32,000 bases of DNA from Aciduliprofundum boonei T469 (GTDB lineage Archaea > Thermoplasmatota > Thermoplasmata > Thermoplasmatales > Aciduliprofundaceae): assembly GCF_000025665.1 (NCBI RefSeq), contig NC_013926.1:60001-92000 (forward strand). Direction: 5' to 3'. Shown here one piece after another: positions 17,670-28,498 of the stretch (within the stretch, counting starts at the first letter, position 1; each line of letters starts with the position of its first letter). Both the position numbers and the translations under genes were made by a program. The notes below the pieces were generated by a model. That model had not been told where the DNA came from. It made no database searches and saw only the letters and a program-made list of their open reading frames with translations.

Positions 17670-18442
17670 CTAAACACCTCCAAAAGTTGAGGGTTTGCAG
17701 CAGCTATAACATTCTTCCTTTCCATTCCAAGAATATCCATATCTAAGGGTTTTAATATTCCATCCACAACAATTCCTCCAGATTCTTTAACTATCAGATA
17801 TGCTGCTGCAATATCCACTATTCTGAGATAACCTTTCTCTTTGAATTTGTAGATGAACATATCTGCTATACCCTCTGCAACCATGCACATCTCCAGCGCT
17901 GCTGAACCCAAGGTACGAGTTCTTCTGATTTTTTGGGCAAGTTCAAAAGATTGCTTATGAGCCTTCTTGCCTAAATAAACCACATAAAGATTCTTTTTAC
18001 CATCAACTTTCAATTTTTTTCCATTCTTGTAAGCTCCTTCGCCCTTTATTGCCCAGTAATCTACATTTAAGGGAACATTTTTCACAATTCCATACTCTAC
18101 ATCCTGCAAATTCTTTTTTCCTATAGCAATTGAAACTGCATAGAATGGTATTCCATTCTCGGCATTATAAGAACCATCTAACGGGTCCACGATTATAGTT
18201 CTATCATATCCCCTATCGATGAATCCAGCTTCTTCTGTGAATATGTTATAGGGCATATCCTCCTCTTTCACCATTTGAATTATCTTGTTTTCAGCTTCGA
18301 CATCAACAAGAGATGAGGGCGCCCCATATGCACCCATCTGAACTGTTTTTGAGGCTTTTTCTCCATACTCCTCTAAAATAAGAAGAATCTCTTTTCTTGC
18401 TCCATTCGCTAATCTTTTTATATTCTCCATATCTTCTTTCAT
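17666..18442 (-). CDS. suhB: inositol monophosphatase / fructose-1,6-bisphosphatase family phosphatase (candidate NADP phosphatase)
   Basis: 258 aa with the metal-binding motifs VDPLDGSYN and EE...GF. The size fits archaeal IMPase/FBPase. The NADP phosphatase role is inferred only from coupling to nadK. Confidence 0.8.
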   Translation of the reverse strand: MKEDMENIKRLANGARKEILLILEEYGEKASKTVQMGAYGAPSSLVDVEAENKIIQMVKEEDMPYNIFTEEAGFIDRGYDRTIIVDPLDGSYNAENGIPFYAVSIAIGKKNLQDVEYGIVKNVPLNVDYWAIKGEGAYKNGKKLKVDGKKNLYVVYLGKKAHKQSFELAQKIRRTRTLGSAALEMCMVAEGIADMFIYKFKEKGYLRIVDIAAAYLIVKESGGIVVDGILKPLDMDILGMERKNVIAAANPQLLEVFR

Positions 18443-18488
18443 CTTCTATGCATGGCACATCGAATATTTGTGTTTTTCCGATAAATAT

Positions 18489-19754
18489 TTACATGATTCT
18501 CGTTACATGAACAGAGCAAGAAATACAAGGATCATATGCACGTATGATTTTTTCCGCTTCCATCTTTATGTATTCATCATTCTTACTCACAATTTGACTT
18601 ATATATCCCTTTAAATTTCTCTCTACATTCTCGGTGTTCATAGCTGTAGGGGTAATTATATTCACATAGGTACATTTTCCATTCTTTATTTTGTAATGAT
18701 GTATTAGTAAACCTCTTGGTGCTTCTATTACACCTACCCCTTCTCCACTCACTCTTGGTATGTTTATTTTATGAGGATCGTACTCTTTTAGATTTTCTGC
18801 TATCTCTATTGCCTCTAAAGCAAAATATACATTTTCAAGTGCCTGGGCTAAATTTATCCAAGCGATCCTGTTAGATGGAAATCTCACACCGTATCTCTCT
18901 GCCAATTCTCTAGCTTCCTCCCGCAGGTTTCTATTTATGTTTAATCTCGCTAATGCACCCACCATATAATCTCTTCCGTCTATAAGTGAATGTTTTGCAG
19001 AAGAATACTCCACCACCCATTCTCTTATATGTTCCTGATACTGGTGAGGATCAAATATTGAAGAGAGGGTGGCAATCTCCCCCTTATAGAGAGGTATACT
19101 ATGTCCATCCCATAGAGCAACATATTCACTTTCCCTTTCATATTTCGGGTACTCTAAAGACAAGAACAGTTCCGCTGTGTCAAGGAGAAAGGGATAGATG
19201 TCTTTCATCTTTTTTATATACCTTTCAATAGTTTCCTTACCTATTCTCTTGGATACTTTCCCAGGAACTATAGTACAAGGTTGCACAGCCCTTCCTCCAA
19301 TGAGTTCCGTCATATAATTACTGGCTTCTTTAAGTTCAAATGCCTTCTTCACCAAATTCACATTTTTATTGGCTAATTCTATTATACTTTCCACATTCCT
19401 GTAATCAGGTAAAGCCAAGAAATATAAATGTAAGATATGACTTTGAATATGAGAACTTATTAACATAAGCTTTCTTAGGTCCTCAACTTCCTCTGAAATT
19501 TCTATACCCAAAGCATCTTCCACAGCCCTTACACTAGCAATTTCATGAGCAACGGTACATATACCACATATCCTACCAGCTAACTCCGGGAGATATTTAT
19601 AACTTTTTCCAACCATAAAAGCCTCAAAATACCTAGAACCTTCATGCACTCCAAAAATAACCCTTTTTAAATTCTCATCCTCTATCTCAATGGTTAAATT
19701 TGCATGTCCTTCTATTTTTGTTATTTCTTCAATTCTTATTCTTCTTTCAACCAT
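18489..19754 (-). CDS. hydA: [NiFe] hydrogenase large subunit, sulfhydrogenase (group 3b) alpha
   Basis: 421 aa with the N-terminal Ni-binding motif RICGICTVAHE and the C-terminal DPCISCSVH followed by only VTRIM. The SD GGAGGT lies 7 nt before the ATG. Confidence 0.9.
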   Translation of the reverse strand: MVERRIRIEEITKIEGHANLTIEIEDENLKRVIFGVHEGSRYFEAFMVGKSYKYLPELAGRICGICTVAHEIASVRAVEDALGIEISEEVEDLRKLMLISSHIQSHILHLYFLALPDYRNVESIIELANKNVNLVKKAFELKEASNYMTELIGGRAVQPCTIVPGKVSKRIGKETIERYIKKMKDIYPFLLDTAELFLSLEYPKYERESEYVALWDGHSIPLYKGEIATLSSIFDPHQYQEHIREWVVEYSSAKHSLIDGRDYMVGALARLNINRNLREEARELAERYGVRFPSNRIAWINLAQALENVYFALEAIEIAENLKEYDPHKINIPRVSGEGVGVIEAPRGLLIHHYKIKNGKCTYVNIITPTAMNTENVERNLKGYISQIVSKNDEYIKMEAEKIIRAYDPCISCSVHVTRIM

Positions 19755-20482
19755 GCTATTACCTCCTTCAACTCTTCATAGGAAAATATAGAATATGCCT
19801 CAGCTATCTCATCCTTTGAAAATCCCATTTCTAGAAGAATTCTTATATGACCTTTGAAATTAGCATCTTCATATGGCCCTCTACACCCCAAACATTGAGT
19901 ATTATTAGAAGGACATATCGCTTTACATCCGGCTCTGGTCACTGGCCCCATACATAAATATCCTTCTTCCAGAAGACACCCATTCTCTCTAAGGGTACAC
20001 TCCACACATACACTGTATCTCTTATTTCTAAATCCCTTACCCAGCAGAACTGAAGTTATCAATTCTTTCAATTCCTCCTTTGAAAATGGGCATCCATAAA
20101 GAATGTAATCAACATCTACATAATATTTCAAGGGTTTAGCATCTATAGGTATCTTCGGTGGAACACCGTTATAAATTTTCATAGCTTCCTTCTTCTCCAG
20201 AGTATTAACTATTGCCGGTACTCCTCCCGTAGCAGCACATGTTCCGAGAGCAACTAAAATCTTTGAGTCTTTTCTTATTTTCAGCAATTTTATTATTTCA
20301 TCCCTGTTTGTAGGTGTACCTTCTACAAAAGCAATTTCCACAGGCCATTCATTTATTTCCTTAGCCAATCTAAAATTATTTATTCCCATATACTTGAGAA
20401 TTTCCAGAATTTCCTTTTCCATATTCAAAAACTGTACAGAGCAGCCCTCGCAGCAAGACAATGAGATGATGCCAATATTCAA
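19736..20482 (-). CDS. hydD: [NiFe] hydrogenase small subunit, sulfhydrogenase delta
   Basis: 248 aa with Cys motifs SLSCCEGC, GTCAATGG and further Cys clusters. The TTG start is supported by the SD GGGGGTG 5-6 nt upstream. It overlaps the hydG stop (TTGA) and the hydA start (19 nt). Confidence 0.85.
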   Translation of the reverse strand: MNIGIISLSCCEGCSVQFLNMEKEILEILKYMGINNFRLAKEINEWPVEIAFVEGTPTNRDEIIKLLKIRKDSKILVALGTCAATGGVPAIVNTLEKKEAMKIYNGVPPKIPIDAKPLKYYVDVDYILYGCPFSKEELKELITSVLLGKGFRNKRYSVCVECTLRENGCLLEEGYLCMGPVTRAGCKAICPSNNTQCLGCRGPYEDANFKGHIRILLEMGFSKDEIAEAYSIFSYEELKEVIAWLKEE

Positions 20483-21291
20483 TCTAACACCCCCTGAACC
20501 TCATGAGGCTTTTCAATAAATCTCAGAGCCTTATTTAGAGAGAAAACTGGCCCATCACGGCATACATATACTCCTCCAACTCCACAGTGACCGCATATGC
20601 CGATGCCGCATTTCATATTTCTCTCCAGGGAAAGGTACATCTCACTGGGAGGAAAACCTAGTTCTATGAGAACCATGGAGGTGTATTTCATCATTATGGG
20701 CGGGCCACACATATAAGTAATGGTATCTGCCACATGCCTTATCTTATCACAAAGGGTTGTTACAACACCCACATGCCCTTCCCATCCAGGTTCTGCCTCA
20801 TCCACCGTTAAGAGAATATCCATATATTTCCTCCATTCTTCAAATTTGTATTTGAAAAGCATAAGGGATGGCCTTCTGGCACCATATAGAAGAGTGGCAT
20901 CCTTGAAACGTTCCCTATGTTTACACACATATTCCACAACAGGTTTGAGGGGGGCGAGACCGATGCCTCCTGCGATGATCAATATATTCTTATCCACAGC
21001 CTTTTCTATGGGCCAGCCATTTCCAAAGGGCCCCCGTATGCCTACATAGTCCCCCTCCTTCATCCTGTGTATTTTCTTGGTAACGTTACCAACGGCCCTT
21101 ATGGTAAGCTCTATGGCCTCATCATCTCCTCCAGATATGGAAATAGGCGCCTCCCCATAACCAAATACACTTAGTTCCACAAATTGCCCGGGCTTGAATG
21201 GTAGCTCTGCCCCTATCCTGAAGGTTTTTGTATCTGGAGTTTCGTCCCTCACCTCTAAAATTGGTGCCACTGAAGGTATGTAGGGATTCAT
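20479..21291 (-). CDS. hydG: sulfhydrogenase gamma subunit (FAD/NAD(P)-binding, PyrK/AsrB-like, 2Fe-2S)
   Basis: The start is trimmed to ATG 21291 (MNPYIPSVAPILEV...), which forms an ATGA overlap with the hydB stop. It carries PGQFVEL, IAGGIGLAPL and the C-terminal CGIGICGHCGV. Confidence 0.85.
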   Translation of the reverse strand: MNPYIPSVAPILEVRDETPDTKTFRIGAELPFKPGQFVELSVFGYGEAPISISGGDDEAIELTIRAVGNVTKKIHRMKEGDYVGIRGPFGNGWPIEKAVDKNILIIAGGIGLAPLKPVVEYVCKHRERFKDATLLYGARRPSLMLFKYKFEEWRKYMDILLTVDEAEPGWEGHVGVVTTLCDKIRHVADTITYMCGPPIMMKYTSMVLIELGFPPSEMYLSLERNMKCGIGICGHCGVGGVYVCRDGPVFSLNKALRFIEKPHEVQGVLD

Positions 21292-22307
21292 TCTATCAGC
21301 CTCCTTAAAACTTCCCGGATATTTATTCCAGCATGGCAGGCATCTGTGCATCTTCCACAACCTGTGCATGCGTAGACTCCATATCTCATTACAGGAAAGA
21401 CAAATTTGTCGTATACACGGTACCTCACCCTGGCGTGACGTTCCTTCCTGAAATTCTCAGCGGATGTCTTTGCATACTCGTAAAGATGACAGGAATCCCA
21501 TACCCTTATCCTCTCCCCCTCACTTCCATCAAGATTCGTTATATCTCTAACATCGAAACAGTGGCAAGTCGGACATATGAAGTTGCATCTTCCACAGGAT
21601 ACACAGATCTTTCCCAGTTCATCCCAAATTTCATCGTTAATCTTTTTCTTTATTTCCTGGGAGCATCTCTTTATCTCACATAAGTCTATTTTTGTTCTTT
21701 TCTCAACCTCATACTCCACCCTCTCAATCTTCCTCCTCTTCCTTATTTCATCCTCCTCATCTGCATCTTCAAATATATCCAGAGATATCAATTTTCTTCC
21801 ATTTTCACTGCCTATATCCACAAAATAATGGGTGCCTATATCAGTAAGCCAAAGATCATACTCCTCCGGCACCATCCCCCCAAAGGCTGTACAGAAGCAT
21901 GAATCACGAGGATAATCACAAGTGATTCCAATTATAATGGTATTCTCTCTCCTTTTGGAATAATATGGATCCGAAAATTCTCCACTCATATACATATCAA
22001 GAATTTTTAAAGCGTGTACATCACAACCTCTTGCCCCAAATATAACCTTCTTTTCTCCTTTATCCAAATAATCCCTTATAATATATCCATTATCACCTTT
22101 CTCCCATTTGAAAAATTTTTGTTCTGGTGGAAAAAATATGGGCTTTAAAGACACATCTGTACGATTTGGAAAAAAGCATATTTTGGACAAATTTTCTATT
22201 CTACAAAATTTAGTAACACCATCTTCAACCGGAGCATAGAGAGCATAATTATCCATAATCCATGTCAAAAATTCGTTTATTTTTGTTTTCGCAATTTTTA
22301 CGCTCAT
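21288..22307 (-). CDS. hydB: sulfhydrogenase beta subunit (AsrA-like Fe-S protein)
   Basis: It has the ferredoxin-type motifs CVSCGRCNFICPTCHC and CTGCGRCTDAC. I prefer ATG 22307 (MSVKIAK...), because the GTG at 22316 used by the track is part of the SD AAGGTGA, which sits 5 nt before that ATG. Confidence 0.85.
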   Translation of the reverse strand: MSVKIAKTKINEFLTWIMDNYALYAPVEDGVTKFCRIENLSKICFFPNRTDVSLKPIFFPPEQKFFKWEKGDNGYIIRDYLDKGEKKVIFGARGCDVHALKILDMYMSGEFSDPYYSKRRENTIIIGITCDYPRDSCFCTAFGGMVPEEYDLWLTDIGTHYFVDIGSENGRKLISLDIFEDADEEDEIRKRRKIERVEYEVEKRTKIDLCEIKRCSQEIKKKINDEIWDELGKICVSCGRCNFICPTCHCFDVRDITNLDGSEGERIRVWDSCHLYEYAKTSAENFRKERHARVRYRVYDKFVFPVMRYGVYACTGCGRCTDACHAGINIREVLRRLIE

Positions 22308-22376
22308 ATTCGTCACCTTTCCAACTAAATTCGTTTTAATAATTGCGTTTTACTTAATAAAGATTGCCATATGTTA

Positions 22377-22401
22377 AAATAACTCATACCTCAAGTTATT
22401 T
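22377..22401. promoter_or_regulatory. inverted repeat AAATAACT-N9-AGTTATTT in the hydBGDA upstream region
   Basis: Read directly from the sequence. It lies 70-94 nt upstream of the hydB ATG (22307, minus strand). AT-rich context, so it could arise by chance. Confidence 0.25.
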
Positions 22402-22459
22402 CTAAGATAATAACTATCAAATAAAAAATTAAAAATAATAAACAACCAAAGAGTAAAAA

Positions 22460-24722
<2,263 letters not shown>

Positions 24723-24784
24723 AGGACATCAAAAAGGAGATTACAATTGGGGATTTAATAATTTCCTAAAAAGAGAGGGAAAAA

Positions 24785-25936
24785 TTATCCCATCTGAACC
24801 GCTTGTTCTCTCAACTCTCCACGCTCGAATCTGTAGGGATCGTAGAAGTCAAATGGCAAACTAGTATGTCCCTTGGTGATTAGCTCCGCCATGCCCTCTG
24901 CAACTGCAGGAGCAAGCATAAATCCATGGCCCGAGAATCCAGCTGCAAGATAGTAGCCCTCAATTTCTTTTATCTTTCCTATAACGGCATTATGATCAGG
25001 TGTCTCTGCATAATACCCACCCCACTGTCTTATTATTGATATATGCTTCAAAGCAGGTATTATCCTCGTGAAGTTCCTAGATACCTCCCGCAAGAACTCG
25101 TATGTGGGTGTCAAATCCCAAGTAGGCCCATATTTCAGGGCTATGCCTCCTATAAGGCCTCCATTTGCCTTCTGGGTAAAATATGCACCTCCATACTTGA
25201 AAGATACAACCATTGGTTTTATTTCACCCTTCTTAAACGGCTCGCTTACTATTCCCTGATGCTTGTACGGCTCAATCGGTATGTTCAATCCCAATTTTTC
25301 ATTGAAAATTTTAGCCCAAGCATTGGCTGCGTTAAGAACTATATCCGCTTTAATTTCTCCCTTTGTAGTTCTCACTCCCTCCACTTGAGAGTCCTTGACA
25401 ATGATATCCTTAACCTCCGTGTACTCGTTTATCTCTATGCCCATTTTTCTCAATTTTCTTGCTAATCCGTAAACTGCAAGGAACGGATTCGCCTTACCAT
25501 CTGTTTGATTGAATGTTGCCGCTATAACCTCGCTTATATCCAATGTTGGCACAATCTCCTTCGCCTCTTCTGGAGTTATTACCTTTGATGGTACCCCCAA
25601 GGAATTCTGCAAGGCCACATTGCGCTTGAAAGTTTTAACCTCCTCCTCATCGTAGAGCAAGAATAGATAACCCGTCTTGGCCATCTTGAATTTTGGAAAA
25701 TCCATCTCATCTCCCAAGGTAGTCCACTTCTCAACTGACCTCTTCATCATCCTTATATTAGCTTCATCGCCAAATTGCTGCCTTATTCCAGTACCGCATC
25801 TAAAAGTAGAGCCTGAGCCGATATACCTCTTTTCGTAAACTGCTATATTCTCCACTCCTCTTTTTGCAAGTTCAAAAGCTGTGTATAATCCAATGATTCC
25901 TCCTCCAATTATGGCAATATCAACTTTATTCTTCAT
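24785..25936 (-). CDS. FAD-dependent L-proline dehydrogenase beta subunit (sarcosine oxidase beta-like)
   Basis: It has the FAD fold VDIAIIGGGIIGLYTAFELAKRG. I prefer ATG 25936, because the SD AGGTGA sits about 6 nt upstream. The track start 25945 is a GTG inside that SD. It is the last gene of an alpha-gamma-delta-beta operon. Confidence 0.8.
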   Translation of the reverse strand: MKNKVDIAIIGGGIIGLYTAFELAKRGVENIAVYEKRYIGSGSTFRCGTGIRQQFGDEANIRMMKRSVEKWTTLGDEMDFPKFKMAKTGYLFLLYDEEEVKTFKRNVALQNSLGVPSKVITPEEAKEIVPTLDISEVIAATFNQTDGKANPFLAVYGLARKLRKMGIEINEYTEVKDIIVKDSQVEGVRTTKGEIKADIVLNAANAWAKIFNEKLGLNIPIEPYKHQGIVSEPFKKGEIKPMVVSFKYGGAYFTQKANGGLIGGIALKYGPTWDLTPTYEFLREVSRNFTRIIPALKHISIIRQWGGYYAETPDHNAVIGKIKEIEGYYLAAGFSGHGFMLAPAVAEGMAELITKGHTSLPFDFYDPYRFERGELREQAVQMG

Positions 25937-26207
25937 CGTCATCACCTACCAGAATTCGCATCTGCACAGGCTTTGTAGGTATTCTAGTTGCAGGTATGCC
26001 TATCTCCTCATAACTCTTACCTGTCTTTCTGGCTATTATTCCCGCAACAAGAGGCAAACATGTTCTGCCCTGGCAAGGGCCCATACCTATATGCGTGATT
26101 CTCTTAATCAACTCAATATCCGTTATCCCTTGTTCTATCAGGTCCTCAATATCCTTCTGGGTTACATCATTGCATCTGCAAATTATGACCTTACTCTTAT
26201 TAACCAT
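25926..26207 (-). CDS. small BFD-like [2Fe-2S]-binding subunit (proline dehydrogenase delta-like)
   Basis: 93 aa with the Cys pattern CRC...GPCQGRTC, typical of BFD-like 2Fe-2S domains. The SD GGTGGTGG precedes the ATG, which abuts the upstream stop (TAAATG). Confidence 0.75.
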   Translation of the reverse strand: MVNKSKVIICRCNDVTQKDIEDLIEQGITDIELIKRITHIGMGPCQGRTCLPLVAGIIARKTGKSYEEIGIPATRIPTKPVQMRILVGDDDEE

Positions 26208-26708
26208 TTAAACCACCACCTTTATTGCACGGACTTCCCAAGCAAGCTCTTTTGGCATCTCCACTGTAACCACTGCCGTATCCCCCACACTCTTATCTCT
26301 CGGAATTACCAGCACAACTTTACCCTTTCCAACTTCCTCACCTTTACGATTAAGAAGTATGACTTCATCTCCCCTCTTTGGCATCGGGAGCAGTTCGTGA
26401 GGCATTGTTACACGAGCTTTATCATCTCTATATTGAATCATGAAGAATGCCAATCCCGGACAAATTTGAACGCATAGAGAGCAGCCAATACACCTATCGT
26501 AATTAACAACGGGAGGATCATTCGGATTATCCATCTTTATTGCATTCACAGGGCAAATTTCTTTGCATGGAGTACAGGGTATTCTCTGAGGACACTCGGG
26601 CACAGCCACGGGATGCTTTCCTTGCAATCTCTCCTCACTGGGCAACTCAACCTTTTTTTTCAACTCTTCTAAAGTTAAATATCCTCTCTCCAAATACTCT
26701 TCAGTCAT
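26208..26708 (-). CDS. ferredoxin-like 2x[4Fe-4S] subunit (proline dehydrogenase gamma-like)
   Basis: 166 aa with CPQRIPCTPCKEICP and CIGCSLCVQICP. There is an 8-nt overlap with the alpha-subunit stop. The SD is AAGGTGA. Confidence 0.78.
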   Translation of the reverse strand: MTEEYLERGYLTLEELKKKVELPSEERLQGKHPVAVPECPQRIPCTPCKEICPVNAIKMDNPNDPPVVNYDRCIGCSLCVQICPGLAFFMIQYRDDKARVTMPHELLPMPKRGDEVILLNRKGEEVGKGKVVLVIPRDKSVGDTAVVTVEMPKELAWEVRAIKVVV

Positions 26709-28137
26709 TTATCATCACCTTCTTCAAACCATCAAGTATATGTTTTCCAAATGGACCACTGCGGAACTCTTCTAAATCCTTCTGAGCCTTCTTTATCTCT
26801 TCGTAAGCCTCCACGGGTGCTTTACCAACGAGTAAGGCAGCAGATAAGCCGGCTATCTTACCTTCAAGCATGGCAGTCGTAGCTTCCTCTATACCCGATG
26901 AATCTCCAGCAACGAACAGCCCACGAACTGTTGTTTCCATCCTGTCATCATGACGCACCACATAGCCACCCAGCTCGCGAGCATATGTGATCTGCGCACC
27001 GGCCTGATGTAAAAGTTCTATGCTCGGTCTCAACCCCACGGAAAGAGCAATAACATCCACATCATAAACCTTCTCTGTACCTGGTATGGGCTGCCAGTGC
27101 TCATCTATTTGGGCTACCACTGCCCTCTCCACCTTCTCATTTCCCTCTGCACGGAGAATCGTATGCCTAGTGTAAATCGGTATACCTAACCTTCGAACCT
27201 TTGCAGCATGAACGAAGTATGCACCTATTTTGGGCATAGCTTCCACGATTGCAACTACATCCACTCCCGCCTGCTTTAATTGATAAGCAAGTATAACACC
27301 AACATTACCTGCGCCAACTATGAGCACTCTCTTTCCCGGCTCAATTCCATAAGTGTTCATAAGGGTCTGTATCGCTCCTGCACCATACACGCCAGGCAAA
27401 TCATTATTCTCAAAGGGAATCATCTTCTCCATAGCTCCTGTAGCAACCACAATTGCCTTGCCATGGAACTCGTGAAGCTTTTTGTTCTTCTCTATCGCCA
27501 CCACTAATTTTTCTCCATTATTATCAAATATGCCCACAGCAGAAGTTTCAAGATGAATCTCCACCCCATTCTTTTTAGCTTCTTCCGCTAAAATTTCAGC
27601 AATTTTTATACCACGCACTCCGGCAAACTGCTCTCTCTTGCCAAAGAACTTGTGCGTCTGTTTCACCAGTTGTCCACCCAGAATGGGCTCCTCATCCATC
27701 AAAATAACCTTGGCTCCTTTCTCGGCGGCCTTTATACCAGCCATCAATCCTGCAGGTCCTCCACCAATTATGATTATATCTCCATAGTGCTTCTCCGCAT
27801 CCTTCCACTTTGGTGCTTTATAATCCCTGGGCAATGGCTGAGAACCTCTCTGTCTCTCAATTTTCATACCATCCTCTACAAGCGTGATGCATGTTCTCGT
27901 ATTTGGAATGCCATTGACAACCATTAAGCAAGAGGAGCATTTTCCAATAGCACAGAATAGGCCACGGGGTCTCTGCTTCTCCGTGCTATAATTTAAAACT
28001 CTTATACCTGCCGCATGCAAAGCTTCTGCGATGGGCTCACCTTCATAGGCCTCGATGGGCTTACCTTCAAAGTAAATTGTTACTTTTTTACCTCTTCTCT
28101 TACTAAAATCTATTACTGGATGCTCTTCAAGTCTCAT
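26701..28137 (-). CDS. NAD(P)/FAD-dependent oxidoreductase alpha subunit of the proline dehydrogenase complex (sarcosine/opine oxidase alpha-like, N-terminal 2Fe-2S-like domain)
   Basis: 478 aa with the N-terminal Cys-containing domain (CAIGKCSSC), two dinucleotide folds IIIIGGGPAGLMAGIKAAEKG and VLIVGAGNVGVILAYQL, and VAGD. The SD AGGTGA precedes the ATG. Confidence 0.8.
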   Translation of the reverse strand: MRLEEHPVIDFSKRRGKKVTIYFEGKPIEAYEGEPIAEALHAAGIRVLNYSTEKQRPRGLFCAIGKCSSCLMVVNGIPNTRTCITLVEDGMKIERQRGSQPLPRDYKAPKWKDAEKHYGDIIIIGGGPAGLMAGIKAAEKGAKVILMDEEPILGGQLVKQTHKFFGKREQFAGVRGIKIAEILAEEAKKNGVEIHLETSAVGIFDNNGEKLVVAIEKNKKLHEFHGKAIVVATGAMEKMIPFENNDLPGVYGAGAIQTLMNTYGIEPGKRVLIVGAGNVGVILAYQLKQAGVDVVAIVEAMPKIGAYFVHAAKVRRLGIPIYTRHTILRAEGNEKVERAVVAQIDEHWQPIPGTEKVYDVDVIALSVGLRPSIELLHQAGAQITYARELGGYVVRHDDRMETTVRGLFVAGDSSGIEEATTAMLEGKIAGLSAALLVGKAPVEAYEEIKKAQKDLEEFRSGPFGKHILDGLKKVMIND

Positions 28138-28252
28138 TTGATCACCTATGAGGATGGATATTTCATCCCTTTATTTATTCTTTCTGCAAATGCGCTAAAT
28201 TAAATGTGAGAAGATTTAAATAATAGCAAGATAATACTCCTTGGGGATTAAA

Positions 28253-28498
28253 ATGATGACGGAGGTAACTGAACTTATAGGACTTGAGATATATACGGAT
28301 AAGGGTTATCTTTTGGGTACCATAAAGGATGTCTTGCTCGATGTGAATGACCAAATAATATACGGGCTCTATGTGGAAAAGAGCAATCCTCTTCTCGTAG
28401 AAGATGGTGTGCCCGTTGTGGTACCCTATCGCTGGGTTAAAGCTGTGGGAGATGTCATTCTCCTTAAGAAATTCCCATCTTATGTGAATGTAACATAA
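28253..28498 (+). CDS. PRC-barrel domain protein (CdpB-like small protein)
   Basis: 81 aa counted from ATG 28253, with GGGGA 5 nt upstream. ELIGLEIYTDKGYLLGTIKDVLLD...VVVPYRWVKAVGDVILL is a typical PRC-barrel pattern. Confidence 0.7.
   Translation: MMTEVTELIGLEIYTDKGYLLGTIKDVLLDVNDQIIYGLYVEKSNPLLVEDGVPVVVPYRWVKAVGDVILLKKFPSYVNVT

Noticed and set aside
21292-21369. N-terminal extension of the hydG ORF (MHRLWKMHRCLPCWNKYPGSFKEADR)
   Set aside because: It lies entirely inside the hydB 3' coding region. ATG 21291 gives the classic ATGA coupling with the hydB stop and an N-terminus (MNPYIP...) of normal length for PyrK/AsrB-like subunits.
22308-22459. SurR-type GTT-N3-AAC regulatory motif upstream of the hydrogenase operon
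   Set aside because: Scanning by eye found only GTT-N5-AAC (GTTAAAATAAC, 22373-22383), not the required spacing. A SurR-like site is therefore not supported.
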